This document shows, in pieces, positions 11,176 to 20,015 of a stretch of 64,000 nt of DNA. The stretch covers positions 256,400 through 320,399 of IMG/VR virus record IMGVR_UViG_3300038679_000051; one strand, 5' to 3'. The number at the start of each line of letters is the position of its first letter. The stretch's first letter is position 1. The stretch is from a virus. Taxonomy: Duplodnaviria; Caudoviricetes. Under the pieces are notes generated by a model. The model was not told where the DNA came from and did no database searches. It saw only the letters and a list, made by a program, of their open reading frames with translations. Position numbers and translations under genes: made by a program.

Positions 11176-12093
11176 ATGGCTCACGTAATTGATATTTTCG
11201 GTACAGGCGCACCAGATGCGGCGTCAGCGGCTGGTAAGAACATGCTTAAAGCCGCTGACGTAGCAGCACAACAATCAATTATTATTCCTTCTGGTATTGT
11301 GTTACCATTTGCGGGAGCAAGCGTACCAGAAGGGTTTTTAGATTGTAATGCCGCCGCCGTCAGTCGGACTACCTATGCAAATCTATTTACGGCGGTAGGC
11401 ACTGCCTATGGTGGTGGTGACGGTGGCACAACTTTTAATCTTCCTGATTTTCGTGGTCGCTCTATTTTAGGCGAGGGTACTGGTTCCGGGCTAGCTGCGA
11501 GAGCAAGGGGCGATAAGAGTGGCGCAGAGGCGATCACTTTAGCTGCAACTGCATTACCACAACACACACATGCGGGTGGTGGTAACGTTGGTGCTGAGGC
11601 TTCCCATAGTCATGCCGTTGGATCGTACGCTAATGGCGCTGAGGCGAGTCATACTCATGCCACCGGATCATACGCTGCTGCGACTAATAGTAACACTCAC
11701 ACTCACACTATGAGTTTTAATTCAGGTGATATTGCCGGTTCTAATCATAGACACAACATCAAGCTTGAAATGATAGGAGGAAGCGGATCGACTAGGAATG
11801 TTGTTAGTACAGGCGGCACTGAAACTGGTGATGTGACCTCAGTCGAGAATGCCAATCATTATCATGCTGTCAGTGGTACTTCGGCGAACAACTCTGCTGG
11901 TGCAAATCATGATCATTCTATGAGCGGTTCGTCCGCTGCTGGTTCCAGTCACAATCACACTATAAGCGGTTCGTCCGCTGCCGGGTCATCACACACACAT
12001 TCAGACCCGACAACGGGCAATAATGCAGCCCCATCAACAACCGTACCGACCTTGAGTCCGTTTGGCGTAGCCAAATACATCATTAAAACATAG
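11176..12093 (+). CDS. second tail collar domain fibre with His-x-His repeats
   Basis: Same collar motif; close paralog of the preceding gene. Confidence 0.85.
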   Translation: MAHVIDIFGTGAPDAASAAGKNMLKAADVAAQQSIIIPSGIVLPFAGASVPEGFLDCNAAAVSRTTYANLFTAVGTAYGGGDGGTTFNLPDFRGRSILGEGTGSGLAARARGDKSGAEAITLAATALPQHTHAGGGNVGAEASHSHAVGSYANGAEASHTHATGSYAAATNSNTHTHTMSFNSGDIAGSNHRHNIKLEMIGGSGSTRNVVSTGGTETGDVTSVENANHYHAVSGTSANNSAGANHDHSMSGSSAAGSSHNHTISGSSAAGSSHTHSDPTTGNNAAPSTTVPTLSPFGVAKYIIKT

Positions 12094-12122
12094 GGTTCAG
12101 CGAACCATAAGGAGAAACAAAG

Positions 12123-12650
12123 ATGAGCTTTCCGGATGCATTAGACTTAGCTACAGCCTTAGAGTCTGGCAAAGCAACCAAGGAACAAGTTAATCTTGCG
12201 GCTGAACGGTTGCGGCAATTTTTTCAGCTAGCGAAAACGCAGGAAGCAAACGTGGAATCATTTAGAACGGCACGTGATACTGCCGTCTCAAATCTTGCTG
12301 AGCGTGAGGTGGTACTTGGTGAGATGATCCATACGGCTGCGAATACAATCAACCAAAAAGAACAAGAATTAATTGAAAAGACAAATCGATTATCCAACAA
12401 AGATGTTGAAATTCAGACCTTAACGCAATTGATGGCGGATAAGACGGCTGAATTATCCACGAAAGAATCTATGATAATCGTTAAGGAATCAGAATTAACC
12501 GTCGTTTCGCAAGAACTGACAGCGCTTAAAGCCAAGCCAGAAGTGATAAAAGTTTTAGATGAAGAAAAGGCGAAGCGAATAATAATGTTGAAAGCAGAAT
12601 TGGCAGAATTAGAACCAAAAGAAGAACCAATTGGAGAAATAGAGAAATAA
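12123..12650 (+). CDS. coiled-coil hypothetical protein
   Basis: GGAGA RBS; E/K/L-rich heptads. Confidence 0.65.
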   Translation: MSFPDALDLATALESGKATKEQVNLAAERLRQFFQLAKTQEANVESFRTARDTAVSNLAEREVVLGEMIHTAANTINQKEQELIEKTNRLSNKDVEIQTLTQLMADKTAELSTKESMIIVKESELTVVSQELTALKAKPEVIKVLDEEKAKRIIMLKAELAELEPKEEPIGEIEK

Positions 12651-12655
12651 AAATT

Positions 12656-12841
12656 CTAGAAATCTTTGGTCTTTTCTTTTGCTTTTTTGGCGCTTGTTTT
12701 TACCGTTTTACATATTGGGCATGTCCATTCATCATAATCGTTTGGGTTGCGGGCATGTGTTGTCGTTTTCATGCATTTAGAACAATAATGATTCATTTTG
12801 GTCAACATCGGCAATGCCTCATATAACATTTGCAGTTTCAT
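12656..12841 (-). CDS. small zinc-ribbon protein
   Basis: CSKC..WTCPIC. Confidence 0.55.
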   Translation of the reverse strand: MKLQMLYEALPMLTKMNHYCSKCMKTTTHARNPNDYDEWTCPICKTVKTSAKKAKEKTKDF

Positions 12842-12903
12842 GTATGGTTTCTCCTTGAAGACATTTTGGCTTTACCGTTGTGCATCCAGTAATATTTTTG
12901 TCG

Positions 12904-12910
12904 TAAATAT
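12904..12910 (+). promoter_or_regulatory. putative late promoter (TAAATAT) directly before an RBS-less ATG
   Basis: Motif ends 4 nt upstream of ATG 12915. Confidence 0.45.
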
Positions 12911-12914
12911 TAAT

Positions 12915-13889
12915 ATGGAGAGAGAAACGTTACAACCGATTGATAAGTTTAACCATTGTGCGTCAATTATTGAATTCTATGACGGCGTATTGATTGCTTA
13001 TTATGCCGGTTCGAGGGAATGTAATGACGACCAACGAATAATCCTGACGTACAAGAACGTACATCAACCAAAAAAGAGATGGAAATGGTCTGATGCAATC
13101 AGTTTTGAAATTGGGACAGGGAATCCCATTTTGTTTAAACATGATAATGCAATCTACGTTGCTTATGCCAAATTTGAACGAGACTTTCCACAACGCGTGA
13201 AAAAATGGGCTTATTGTTCATTGTGGTGTCGTAAAATATCATTGAGCACGCAATTGGTCGTGGGTGATCCAATGCCCATGTTCAAACACCCGCAGATTGG
13301 TTTTCTGTTTAGGATTGCGCCGTTCTACCACGATGGTAGAACGTTTTTACCGATATATAGGGAAGAGAATTGTTATAGTGCCGTATATGAATGGTTAGGA
13401 GACAAATTAAAGCTAATCGGGCGGATTGGTTATGGTTGTAATTCGACCATGCAACCGTCATTATGGTATGATGGCACGGCATTTCACGCATTGTGCAGGA
13501 ATTATCGTCCCAGCGTATATGGACCATACGCATGGCATTCAACGTCACCAAATCTGATAGATTGGTCACATCCTGAATTGGAAAAGACGTTAGACAACAA
13601 TAACAATTCAATCGCCGTCATAAATGATGATAAGAAGGATCCATTGGTCATTTGGAACGTAGGGATGGATAGACGAGATCTCCGTTTAGGTAGGCTCAAT
13701 GGGCACATGCGTGGCATAAGTTATGTGACGCTCAATTCTGACGATGGGTTGAGATATGGGTCTTATCCAAATTATTGCTTTGATAAATTCAATGGTCTTC
13801 ATATGGTATGGACCGATATGATTGACGACAATTTATCGATCAGTTATATGTCATTGAATGAAAAGGAATATCGGCAATTAAGAAAATGA
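12915..13889 (+). CDS. BNR-repeat / exo-alpha-sialidase-like beta-propeller
   Basis: HCASIIEF..L.AYYAGSRE..GNPILF..MQPSL..RN..S.NL..WS.P..NNNS pattern; likely start 12915. Confidence 0.65.
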   Translation: MERETLQPIDKFNHCASIIEFYDGVLIAYYAGSRECNDDQRIILTYKNVHQPKKRWKWSDAISFEIGTGNPILFKHDNAIYVAYAKFERDFPQRVKKWAYCSLWCRKISLSTQLVVGDPMPMFKHPQIGFLFRIAPFYHDGRTFLPIYREENCYSAVYEWLGDKLKLIGRIGYGCNSTMQPSLWYDGTAFHALCRNYRPSVYGPYAWHSTSPNLIDWSHPELEKTLDNNNNSIAVINDDKKDPLVIWNVGMDRRDLRLGRLNGHMRGISYVTLNSDDGLRYGSYPNYCFDKFNGLHMVWTDMIDDNLSISYMSLNEKEYRQLRK

Positions 13890-14143
13890 GGAGGGGGAAA
13901 ATGCGCTTTAAACTTAAGGGCGTTGATAAGGTCTTTATTTCATGGACGACAACCACTTGGAATGGGGTCCAATATTACGAAGGTGTTGTAACTTGGCATA
14001 AGAAAATGCCTAAATCAGGCAAGAAAGAAGCGTTTGCTCTTTGTATGGGCAAACAAGTAATTACCGAAAAAGAACATTACATTGTTGAAAAGGACATAAC
14101 GACACTTGCTTCTAAACCCTACTGGGAAAACCAAGGTAATTAG
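13886..14143 (+). CDS. hypothetical protein
   Basis: Coupled to the upstream stop; plausible RBS. Confidence 0.5.
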   Translation: MRRGKMRFKLKGVDKVFISWTTTTWNGVQYYEGVVTWHKKMPKSGKKEAFALCMGKQVITEKEHYIVEKDITTLASKPYWENQGN

Positions 14144-14145
14144 TT

Positions 14146-15291
14146 TTATTTTTCCGGTTCGATATCTGCCAATCTTGCATATTCTGCATCGTCATATTTC
14201 TCGCCTCTTGACATTAGATTATGTTTCAATTGTTCTGGCGTCCTAGATAACCACTCAAATTCAAATGAGGTATATCCAAATGGTCTTAACGTGCTTTCCA
14301 ATAATTCGCGCCATCGTTTGTATCTAAAATGATATCCTTCCACTATTATGTCCTTTGATAGATTTAACGATAGGCAAGCATTTTGTAATATGAAACGCTC
14401 CAATGATTGCGTCAACAAATCATTGATTCTAGTTTGTTCATAATCTTTCAAACATTGATCGTCTTGGTTCAACGTACGCATCGTTTCACGTAATACGCCA
14501 TCTAAAGACAAGGCATTGGTCGATCTAGTATGGGTCGTATAGGTTTTGCCAGATCCAGGGGGGCCTGAAATTATGGTTACTTGTTTCTCACTATCGCGGC
14601 GTTTTTTGCATACGAATAAATATCGTACGCCGTTCTTACCACCTTCATGTAATCCTTTGGGCAGTTGTGGTGGCGGCATGCGACAATGGATCATGGCATG
14701 GTCGAAATGTCGTCGTAACGTTTGTAAGCAGTAAGCCAGTGACGGTATGTTATTGTTGAATCCTTCTCTATAAGTCATCAATTCGGCGGTCAATGGGTTG
14801 CAAATTATTTCGAGATAATAATTTGCACTATCAATTTTGGCTAGGCGTTCAATGGCTTTATCAAATTTAACGTCTGCATCATTCACGCGACCTTGTATTA
14901 AATGATGTAATACTGCCAAACAAAACGTGATGTCGAATGCGTCCTTCTCATAGGGCTGTGTCGTCCAGAAATCAGATTGCATTATTAAGTGGTTTCTATG
15001 TTTCACATAATTTTGTAGTAAAAATCTGGTGGCCAATACTGCATTGATGTCACGGTCTATGCCGACAATCGAACTTGCCCCAAGCTGGGCGGCTCTACAG
15101 AGAAAATATCCGCTCGAACAACCAATATCTAGAACCCTCTTATTTCTGACGGACAATTCCGACCACGGCAATTCACGGTCGCGCAAAAGCGTGTCGGAAT
15201 GACCCCTAATGATTGTTGAACCTATTTTGAACGTATGGTAATGGAACCCCGGCGTTTTCTTAATGTGTTCAATGATTTGTTGTTCGTCCAT
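14146..15291 (-). CDS. class I SAM methyltransferase (CmoB/DUF1698-like) fused to P-loop kinase domain
   Basis: VLDIGCSSGYF..GID..FDITFCLAVLHH, then IISGPPGSGKT Walker A. Confidence 0.75.
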   Translation of the reverse strand: MDEQQIIEHIKKTPGFHYHTFKIGSTIIRGHSDTLLRDRELPWSELSVRNKRVLDIGCSSGYFLCRAAQLGASSIVGIDRDINAVLATRFLLQNYVKHRNHLIMQSDFWTTQPYEKDAFDITFCLAVLHHLIQGRVNDADVKFDKAIERLAKIDSANYYLEIICNPLTAELMTYREGFNNNIPSLAYCLQTLRRHFDHAMIHCRMPPPQLPKGLHEGGKNGVRYLFVCKKRRDSEKQVTIISGPPGSGKTYTTHTRSTNALSLDGVLRETMRTLNQDDQCLKDYEQTRINDLLTQSLERFILQNACLSLNLSKDIIVEGYHFRYKRWRELLESTLRPFGYTSFEFEWLSRTPEQLKHNLMSRGEKYDDAEYARLADIEPEK

Positions 15292-15313
15292 TTTCTATCT
15301 CCTTTTCATTATA

Positions 15314-15321
15314 TATTTATA
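15314..15321 (-). promoter_or_regulatory. T4-type late promoter consensus TATAAATA
   Basis: Exact TATAAATA on the minus strand, upstream of the AAGGAG RBS of 15291. Confidence 0.6.
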
Positions 15322-16756
15322 GAGCATTTTTCACCTTGGCTATTTCACTTCCAAATTTCCAATCATGTCTAATGACGTTTTCTTTTGTTCGGATTATTTT
15401 TAATGATTCAGTTTCGTTCATCAACACTCTATCAATCGTTCCACCATAACTTTCGTTTTTTCTTGTACGTTTAATTCTTGGATCGCAATTTCGTATCAAC
15501 CAGTCTATTGATCGACAATTTATTATATAAGCATAAGTTCCCGCCTGTCCATTGATTTTCTGCCAATAATCACTCACATTACATTTAACGATAGTTGGTA
15601 ATTTCGGATGATGATATAAGTATGCTATGTCGAAATCATCGGGTAGATTTTTAACATATTTATAAAAGATGTCGATGGAGTCACAACTGACATCATCTTC
15701 CAAGATCAAAACGTTTCCACCGTATCTTTTTGCTCGTTTAAAACATTCCAATTGTGCTAGTGCACAAGCAAAACTGTTGCGTTTTATGCCATCAGAGGCG
15801 TTTACGTTATGTGATTCGCCGCCAGATCCTTTATAAAACCATGACGGTACTTCGTCATTCCATATGATACCGGGCACTCTCTCAGATATAGAATTAAGCC
15901 CTAATTGTAGGAGTAGACGTTCGACGTTTAATTTCCTGTCGTGAGAACCATCTATATTTATATAAAAGACACGATTAATTTTGTATGGATAGATTTCAAT
16001 CAATGAATGTGTCTGACTATAAAAATCAGACAGAGAATGTATTGGCTGAGTAATGACGACTTTATGTTCTACTTGACGACGACTTAGACTTGCATAATGT
16101 TTGTGTGGCAATTGTCTACTCAATGCGAGTTTATAACCAGATCCAATCAATTGTTTGCTCATATCGATATCGCAATGCAAATGTTTCCTACATTTTGTCC
16201 AATTGATTGATTTTAATGCGGCAGTTCGAAATAATGTTGCCGAATATGTTGCCCAATATACTAACCAAACAATCTTATCATTAATCACTAGTTTTCTTTC
16301 TGATTCTACGTTTTTGATCGTCGGTGACGTCGCCTTTCCGTATTCGTCGACGGCAAACAATTCGAGACTTGCAACGTTATTTGGCAATAATTTCATCAAT
16401 TTTTCGGCTTCCAGCCTATTGAATAATACAGTGTCTTGCTCACATATCCAAACGAATTCGTCGTTGATCACATTAATCGTTTTTTCCAACAATAAATTCA
16501 TTCTCGGTGGTTTACCCTCCGATAATTCGACAATTTCACCCATTGTCCTTAGCCATTCCTTATCTTCTATTGGTGCTGCATCTACAGCATATATGAAGTT
16601 TATGTCTCTATTACAATCATATGTCTCTTTGATGCATTTCTTAATCAATCGCCTATTTTCTGGCCAATCTTTCCTAATATAAATCGTCTTGATCATTGTA
16701 ATGGTTCTTCGTTTTGGTCTAAACCCGCTCAAGATTGGCGCAAATTTATGCATCAT
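15317..16756 (-). CDS. two-domain glycosyltransferase: N-terminal GT-A-like domain plus C-terminal GT25-like domain
   Basis: C-terminal VFYINID..DR..ERVPG..CALAQ..VLILEDD..AGTYAYII is GT25-like; N-terminal domain has WICEQD. Confidence 0.7.
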   Translation of the reverse strand: MMHKFAPILSGFRPKRRTITMIKTIYIRKDWPENRRLIKKCIKETYDCNRDINFIYAVDAAPIEDKEWLRTMGEIVELSEGKPPRMNLLLEKTINVINDEFVWICEQDTVLFNRLEAEKLMKLLPNNVASLELFAVDEYGKATSPTIKNVESERKLVINDKIVWLVYWATYSATLFRTAALKSINWTKCRKHLHCDIDMSKQLIGSGYKLALSRQLPHKHYASLSRRQVEHKVVITQPIHSLSDFYSQTHSLIEIYPYKINRVFYINIDGSHDRKLNVERLLLQLGLNSISERVPGIIWNDEVPSWFYKGSGGESHNVNASDGIKRNSFACALAQLECFKRAKRYGGNVLILEDDVSCDSIDIFYKYVKNLPDDFDIAYLYHHPKLPTIVKCNVSDYWQKINGQAGTYAYIINCRSIDWLIRNCDPRIKRTRKNESYGGTIDRVLMNETESLKIIRTKENVIRHDWKFGSEIAKVKNAL

Positions 16757-17580
16757 TTACCTTTCGTGAAGGGAATGATTTGTGGGCCGATTTTATAAAA
16801 AATATCTTCTATGCCGAATCTGCCTTTTAATATATCATAATATTTATATATGTCGCGCCTATATTTAGAATAATCATTTTCAGTCTCATGTTTGTGGTCG
16901 ATGATTACGTTATTCGTAAATGCAACTTTAACGTTTCCTCTTTCTTTTAAATTTAGAAATATATCAATATGCGATACGGTTTTCAGTTCTGGCATCCAAC
17001 CTACATTGCGCATTAATTGCGTTTTAGCTATGAAAAAATTCATAATTATGTCATAATATTTAATACCGTTTATTTCAGCCACAGGGACATCTTTGTTGAG
17101 GATCAACATACCATTGTCGTATTCTGCCTGTATGTTATAGGAATGACCTATGACGAAACCACCTACTACATCCATCTTTTCGGTCGTAATTAACTTATAG
17201 AAATTTTCCAATACGGTTTCATCTATAAATATGAAATCATCATCACATAATATGAAATATGGTGTCTCTACTTTGCTCAATAAGAAATTTCTACCCGCAC
17301 CCGCACCGACATAAAATGGGAGTTTCCAATATTTGATCGCATGACCAAAACCGTGATCATTGAATTCTTCGACTGTCATTCGATGTAATTCAGAATCATC
17401 TGCTATGAGTATGTGCATGTCCAAATAACGTTTTCTGACGGATTTTATAAGTCGTGCCAAACAAGTTGGTCGTTTGAATGTTTTGATTATTAGCGTTACT
17501 TCTTCGTTGAATTTAGTCATGCATTCAAGTTTCGGCATGATCAATTTATCAACTTCCCTTTTAGGGAATTTATGAGCCAT
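16753..17580 (-). CDS. glycosyltransferase family 2
   Basis: VTLIIKTFKRP..ILIADDS..GAGRN..TPYFILCDDDF; RBS spacing favours ATG 17580. Confidence 0.85.
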   Translation of the reverse strand: MAHKFPKREVDKLIMPKLECMTKFNEEVTLIIKTFKRPTCLARLIKSVRKRYLDMHILIADDSELHRMTVEEFNDHGFGHAIKYWKLPFYVGAGAGRNFLLSKVETPYFILCDDDFIFIDETVLENFYKLITTEKMDVVGGFVIGHSYNIQAEYDNGMLILNKDVPVAEINGIKYYDIIMNFFIAKTQLMRNVGWMPELKTVSHIDIFLNLKERGNVKVAFTNNVIIDHKHETENDYSKYRRDIYKYYDILKGRFGIEDIFYKIGPQIIPFTKGK

Positions 17581-17633
17581 TTTCATTCTCCTAATTATCT
17601 ACATTTGATTCTAATAAGCGGGCGTGGCGTTGA

Positions 17634-18023
17634 TTAATGAGGTAAAGAAGTGGTTGTGATGTCTTTAGGCAACAAGACGGAACGCACGGTTTCCCAATTT
17701 ATTAAAGGACGTTTGTGCATTGCGTATTGAATCAATGGGGCACCAAAAGCAGCGTCATCGATATACAGATGTGCATAGGCTTTTGGGCTGGTGGTCCAAT
17801 TTTGTTCTGGATTGCGTTGGATTCCAAACAATGGGATGTTCCGTTGTCGATACCATTTTATGGCATCTTGGAGTTGTTCACCATCCCGCATGGTCCAGAG
17901 GATTATTTTGTGTCCTTGTGCGACTAAATCACGCAACGTGTCAACCGCACCAGGCGCATCTGAACCGACATCTGGGAAACGGTGATCTACGACGGTCCCA
18001 TCGAAATCGACCGCGATGATCAT
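17634..18023 (-). CDS. HAD-superfamily phosphatase (BT0820-like)
   Basis: IIAVDFDGTVV..LWTMR..K.YAHLYIDD. Confidence 0.85.
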   Translation of the reverse strand: MIIAVDFDGTVVDHRFPDVGSDAPGAVDTLRDLVAQGHKIILWTMRDGEQLQDAIKWYRQRNIPLFGIQRNPEQNWTTSPKAYAHLYIDDAAFGAPLIQYAMHKRPLINWETVRSVLLPKDITTTSLPH

Positions 18024-18232
18024 GATCTAGTCCATCTTTCGAACTTTGGGCATGAATGGTTGTAGTGGACGTTATGGTTATAATTGTTTCCAGATGCATC
18101 CTTGTTTGAACAACGACCTTGACTGCTTTCTGCGATCACCTCACCTGAACACATGTGTGATCGATCTTCTCGTTTGCCGCTCCAGTAAATGCAACACGCA
18201 CAATGCTTGCCTGTAACGCTGCTGACGCTCAT
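18020..18232 (-). CDS. small Cys-rich hypothetical protein
   Basis: GGGAGG RBS; CACC, C..C and CP motifs. Confidence 0.55.
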   Translation of the reverse strand: MSVSSVTGKHCACCIYWSGKREDRSHMCSGEVIAESSQGRCSNKDASGNNYNHNVHYNHSCPKFERWTRS

Positions 18233-18442
18233 GTTCTTTCCCTCCCTTTTTATCGTTTCATGAGACGATGATTGCGATTCACCTTAAATGCTACCTATCC
18301 ACCAGCATTGATGCCCATCTTATGCAAAAAATCTGTGTCAGATTGCTTAAACATGCGTTCCTCCCAACGTTCATTAACGTTATGAGGGCAATCCGTCAAT
18401 TCTTTTTTTGAATCTTCATATGTTTGTCCTGATAAATAATTA

Positions 18443-18640
18443 AGAGGGGATTAAGAATGAAATCAGATACGTGGAATTAATCAAACGCAATAACCTTGAT
18501 CTAAAATAGATTGAAGACAACGTATTGCCGTTGTTGGCTGACAACATGAGTAAAAGATGGGCGGTAGAGTTCCGTAAGATGGCACTTAAAGACGAAATCA
18601 ATGAGGACGACGAAAACATGATCCTGAGGAGCATGACGTA
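18443..18640 (+). pseudogene. possible gene remnant with internal TAG
   Basis: Frame reads EGIKNEIRYVELIKRNNLDLK*IEDNVLPLLADNMSKRWAVEFRKMALKDE..; protein-like, but no start codon and one stop. Confidence 0.25.
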
Positions 18641-18642
18641 AC

Positions 18643-19356
18643 ATGCTTTACGCCGCCGGTCGGAAAATACCTAAACGGTTGTTGGAACGACCGGAAACGA
18701 AGTCACTCATATTGTCCAACAGTATGATACCGAGATTTAAAAAATCAACACGAATGCGGGATGCAATATTTGTATGGATACCAAAGTGTGCTGGGACTAG
18801 CATTTATAGGTCATTAGGATTCACTAAACTTAAGCGACATAGACAATTCACCAAATTCAATAATTCAGGTCGCGTTACATTTGATCATGTCTCATTGTTG
18901 ACATTACTCGAAAACAATTATGTGTCGAGACAATATTATAATAGGGCATTTAAATTTTGTTTTGTCAGGAATCCATGGGATAGAATAATTTCATTGTACC
19001 ATTATCTGTGGCGTTACCACAAAACTGATTTTAAAAATTTTTGCTATCTCATAGATAAAGGCATAGATGACATTGGATTATATAATTCTAAAGGTTTTAG
19101 CCAGGCTAATCCGCAATACAAATGGATTTATGATGAAAACATGAAGTGTATAGTTGATTTTATTGGTCGTCATGAGATGTTGCAACACGATTTCGACACC
19201 ATATGCAATAAGTTGAACATGCCATCTATTGAGTTATTAAGAGCAAATAGATCAAGACATAGGAAACCTTACCCAGATTATTATGACGATGAGACGAAAG
19301 AGATTGTGCGTAAGATCTATAAAAAGGACATTGAATTATTTGGATACGAATTCTAA
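18643..19356 (+). CDS. sulfotransferase (Sulfotransfer_2 family)
   Basis: FVWIPKCAGTSI (5'-PAPS loop), FVRNPWDRIISLY (3'-PAPS motif), DFIGRHE.L..DF. Confidence 0.85.
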   Translation: MLYAAGRKIPKRLLERPETKSLILSNSMIPRFKKSTRMRDAIFVWIPKCAGTSIYRSLGFTKLKRHRQFTKFNNSGRVTFDHVSLLTLLENNYVSRQYYNRAFKFCFVRNPWDRIISLYHYLWRYHKTDFKNFCYLIDKGIDDIGLYNSKGFSQANPQYKWIYDENMKCIVDFIGRHEMLQHDFDTICNKLNMPSIELLRANRSRHRKPYPDYYDDETKEIVRKIYKKDIELFGYEF

Positions 19357-19442
19357 TGAACAATAAGATACCTAAACGATTGTTGGAACGACCGGAAACG
19401 AAGTCACTCATATTATCCAACAGTATGATACCGAGATTCAAA
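18664..19442 (+). repeat. 78-bp direct repeat encoding an identical 26-aa N-terminal leader (18664-18741 and 19365-19442)
   Basis: Both copies translate to KIPKRLLERPETKSLILSNSMIPRFK; four nucleotide differences, all synonymous. Confidence 0.95.
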
Positions 19443-20015
19443 ATCAAGATCAAAGAACCAAAACGTTCTAGGAGCGTTCGCGATCGTCATGTTGGTGGTT
19501 TTCATACGCACGGTGATCCGTCAACGTGGTATCCGGACATGTGGCAATGGTTTGTAAAGACACACAACATCAAAAACGTATTGGACGTTGGTTGTGGTGC
19601 CGGTTATGCGGCTGGATATTTTGCACATCTTGGTTGTAATGTAACGGCAATTGACGGTTCGAAAAAAGCGTTGAATTATAAAGTGTTCAACATTAAGATA
19701 CACGATCTGGTTTATGGTCCATTCTTACAGAAAGACGTTGATTTAGTTTGGTGTTGTGAAGTGGTAGAACACATTAGAGAAGAGTATCTTGGGCATTTAT
19801 TGGATACGATTTGTCAGGGCAAATGGTTGTTGATGACGCATGCCAGACCAGGCCAACCAGGGACGCATCACGTCAATTGTCAGCACGATGGTTACTGGAT
19901 TGGAAAAATAGAAGAGAGGGGATGCAAATACGACGACGCCATTACGTCGTCGTGTAGAGACATGGCTGGTGGTTTCTTCAAAGAAAGCGGATTGGTGTTT
20001 AAATGCTTACAATAG
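19356..20015 (+). CDS. class I SAM-dependent methyltransferase
   Basis: VLDVGCGAGY..AIDGS..DLVWCCEVVEHI..PGQPG.HHVN. Confidence 0.85.
   Translation: MNNKIPKRLLERPETKSLILSNSMIPRFKIKIKEPKRSRSVRDRHVGGFHTHGDPSTWYPDMWQWFVKTHNIKNVLDVGCGAGYAAGYFAHLGCNVTAIDGSKKALNYKVFNIKIHDLVYGPFLQKDVDLVWCCEVVEHIREEYLGHLLDTICQGKWLLMTHARPGQPGTHHVNCQHDGYWIGKIEERGCKYDDAITSSCRDMAGGFFKESGLVFKCLQ

Noticed and set aside
12096-12108. GGTTC-AGC-GAACC palindrome as a LexA box
   Set aside because: Spacing does not match known GAAC/GTTC LexA boxes; short and single.
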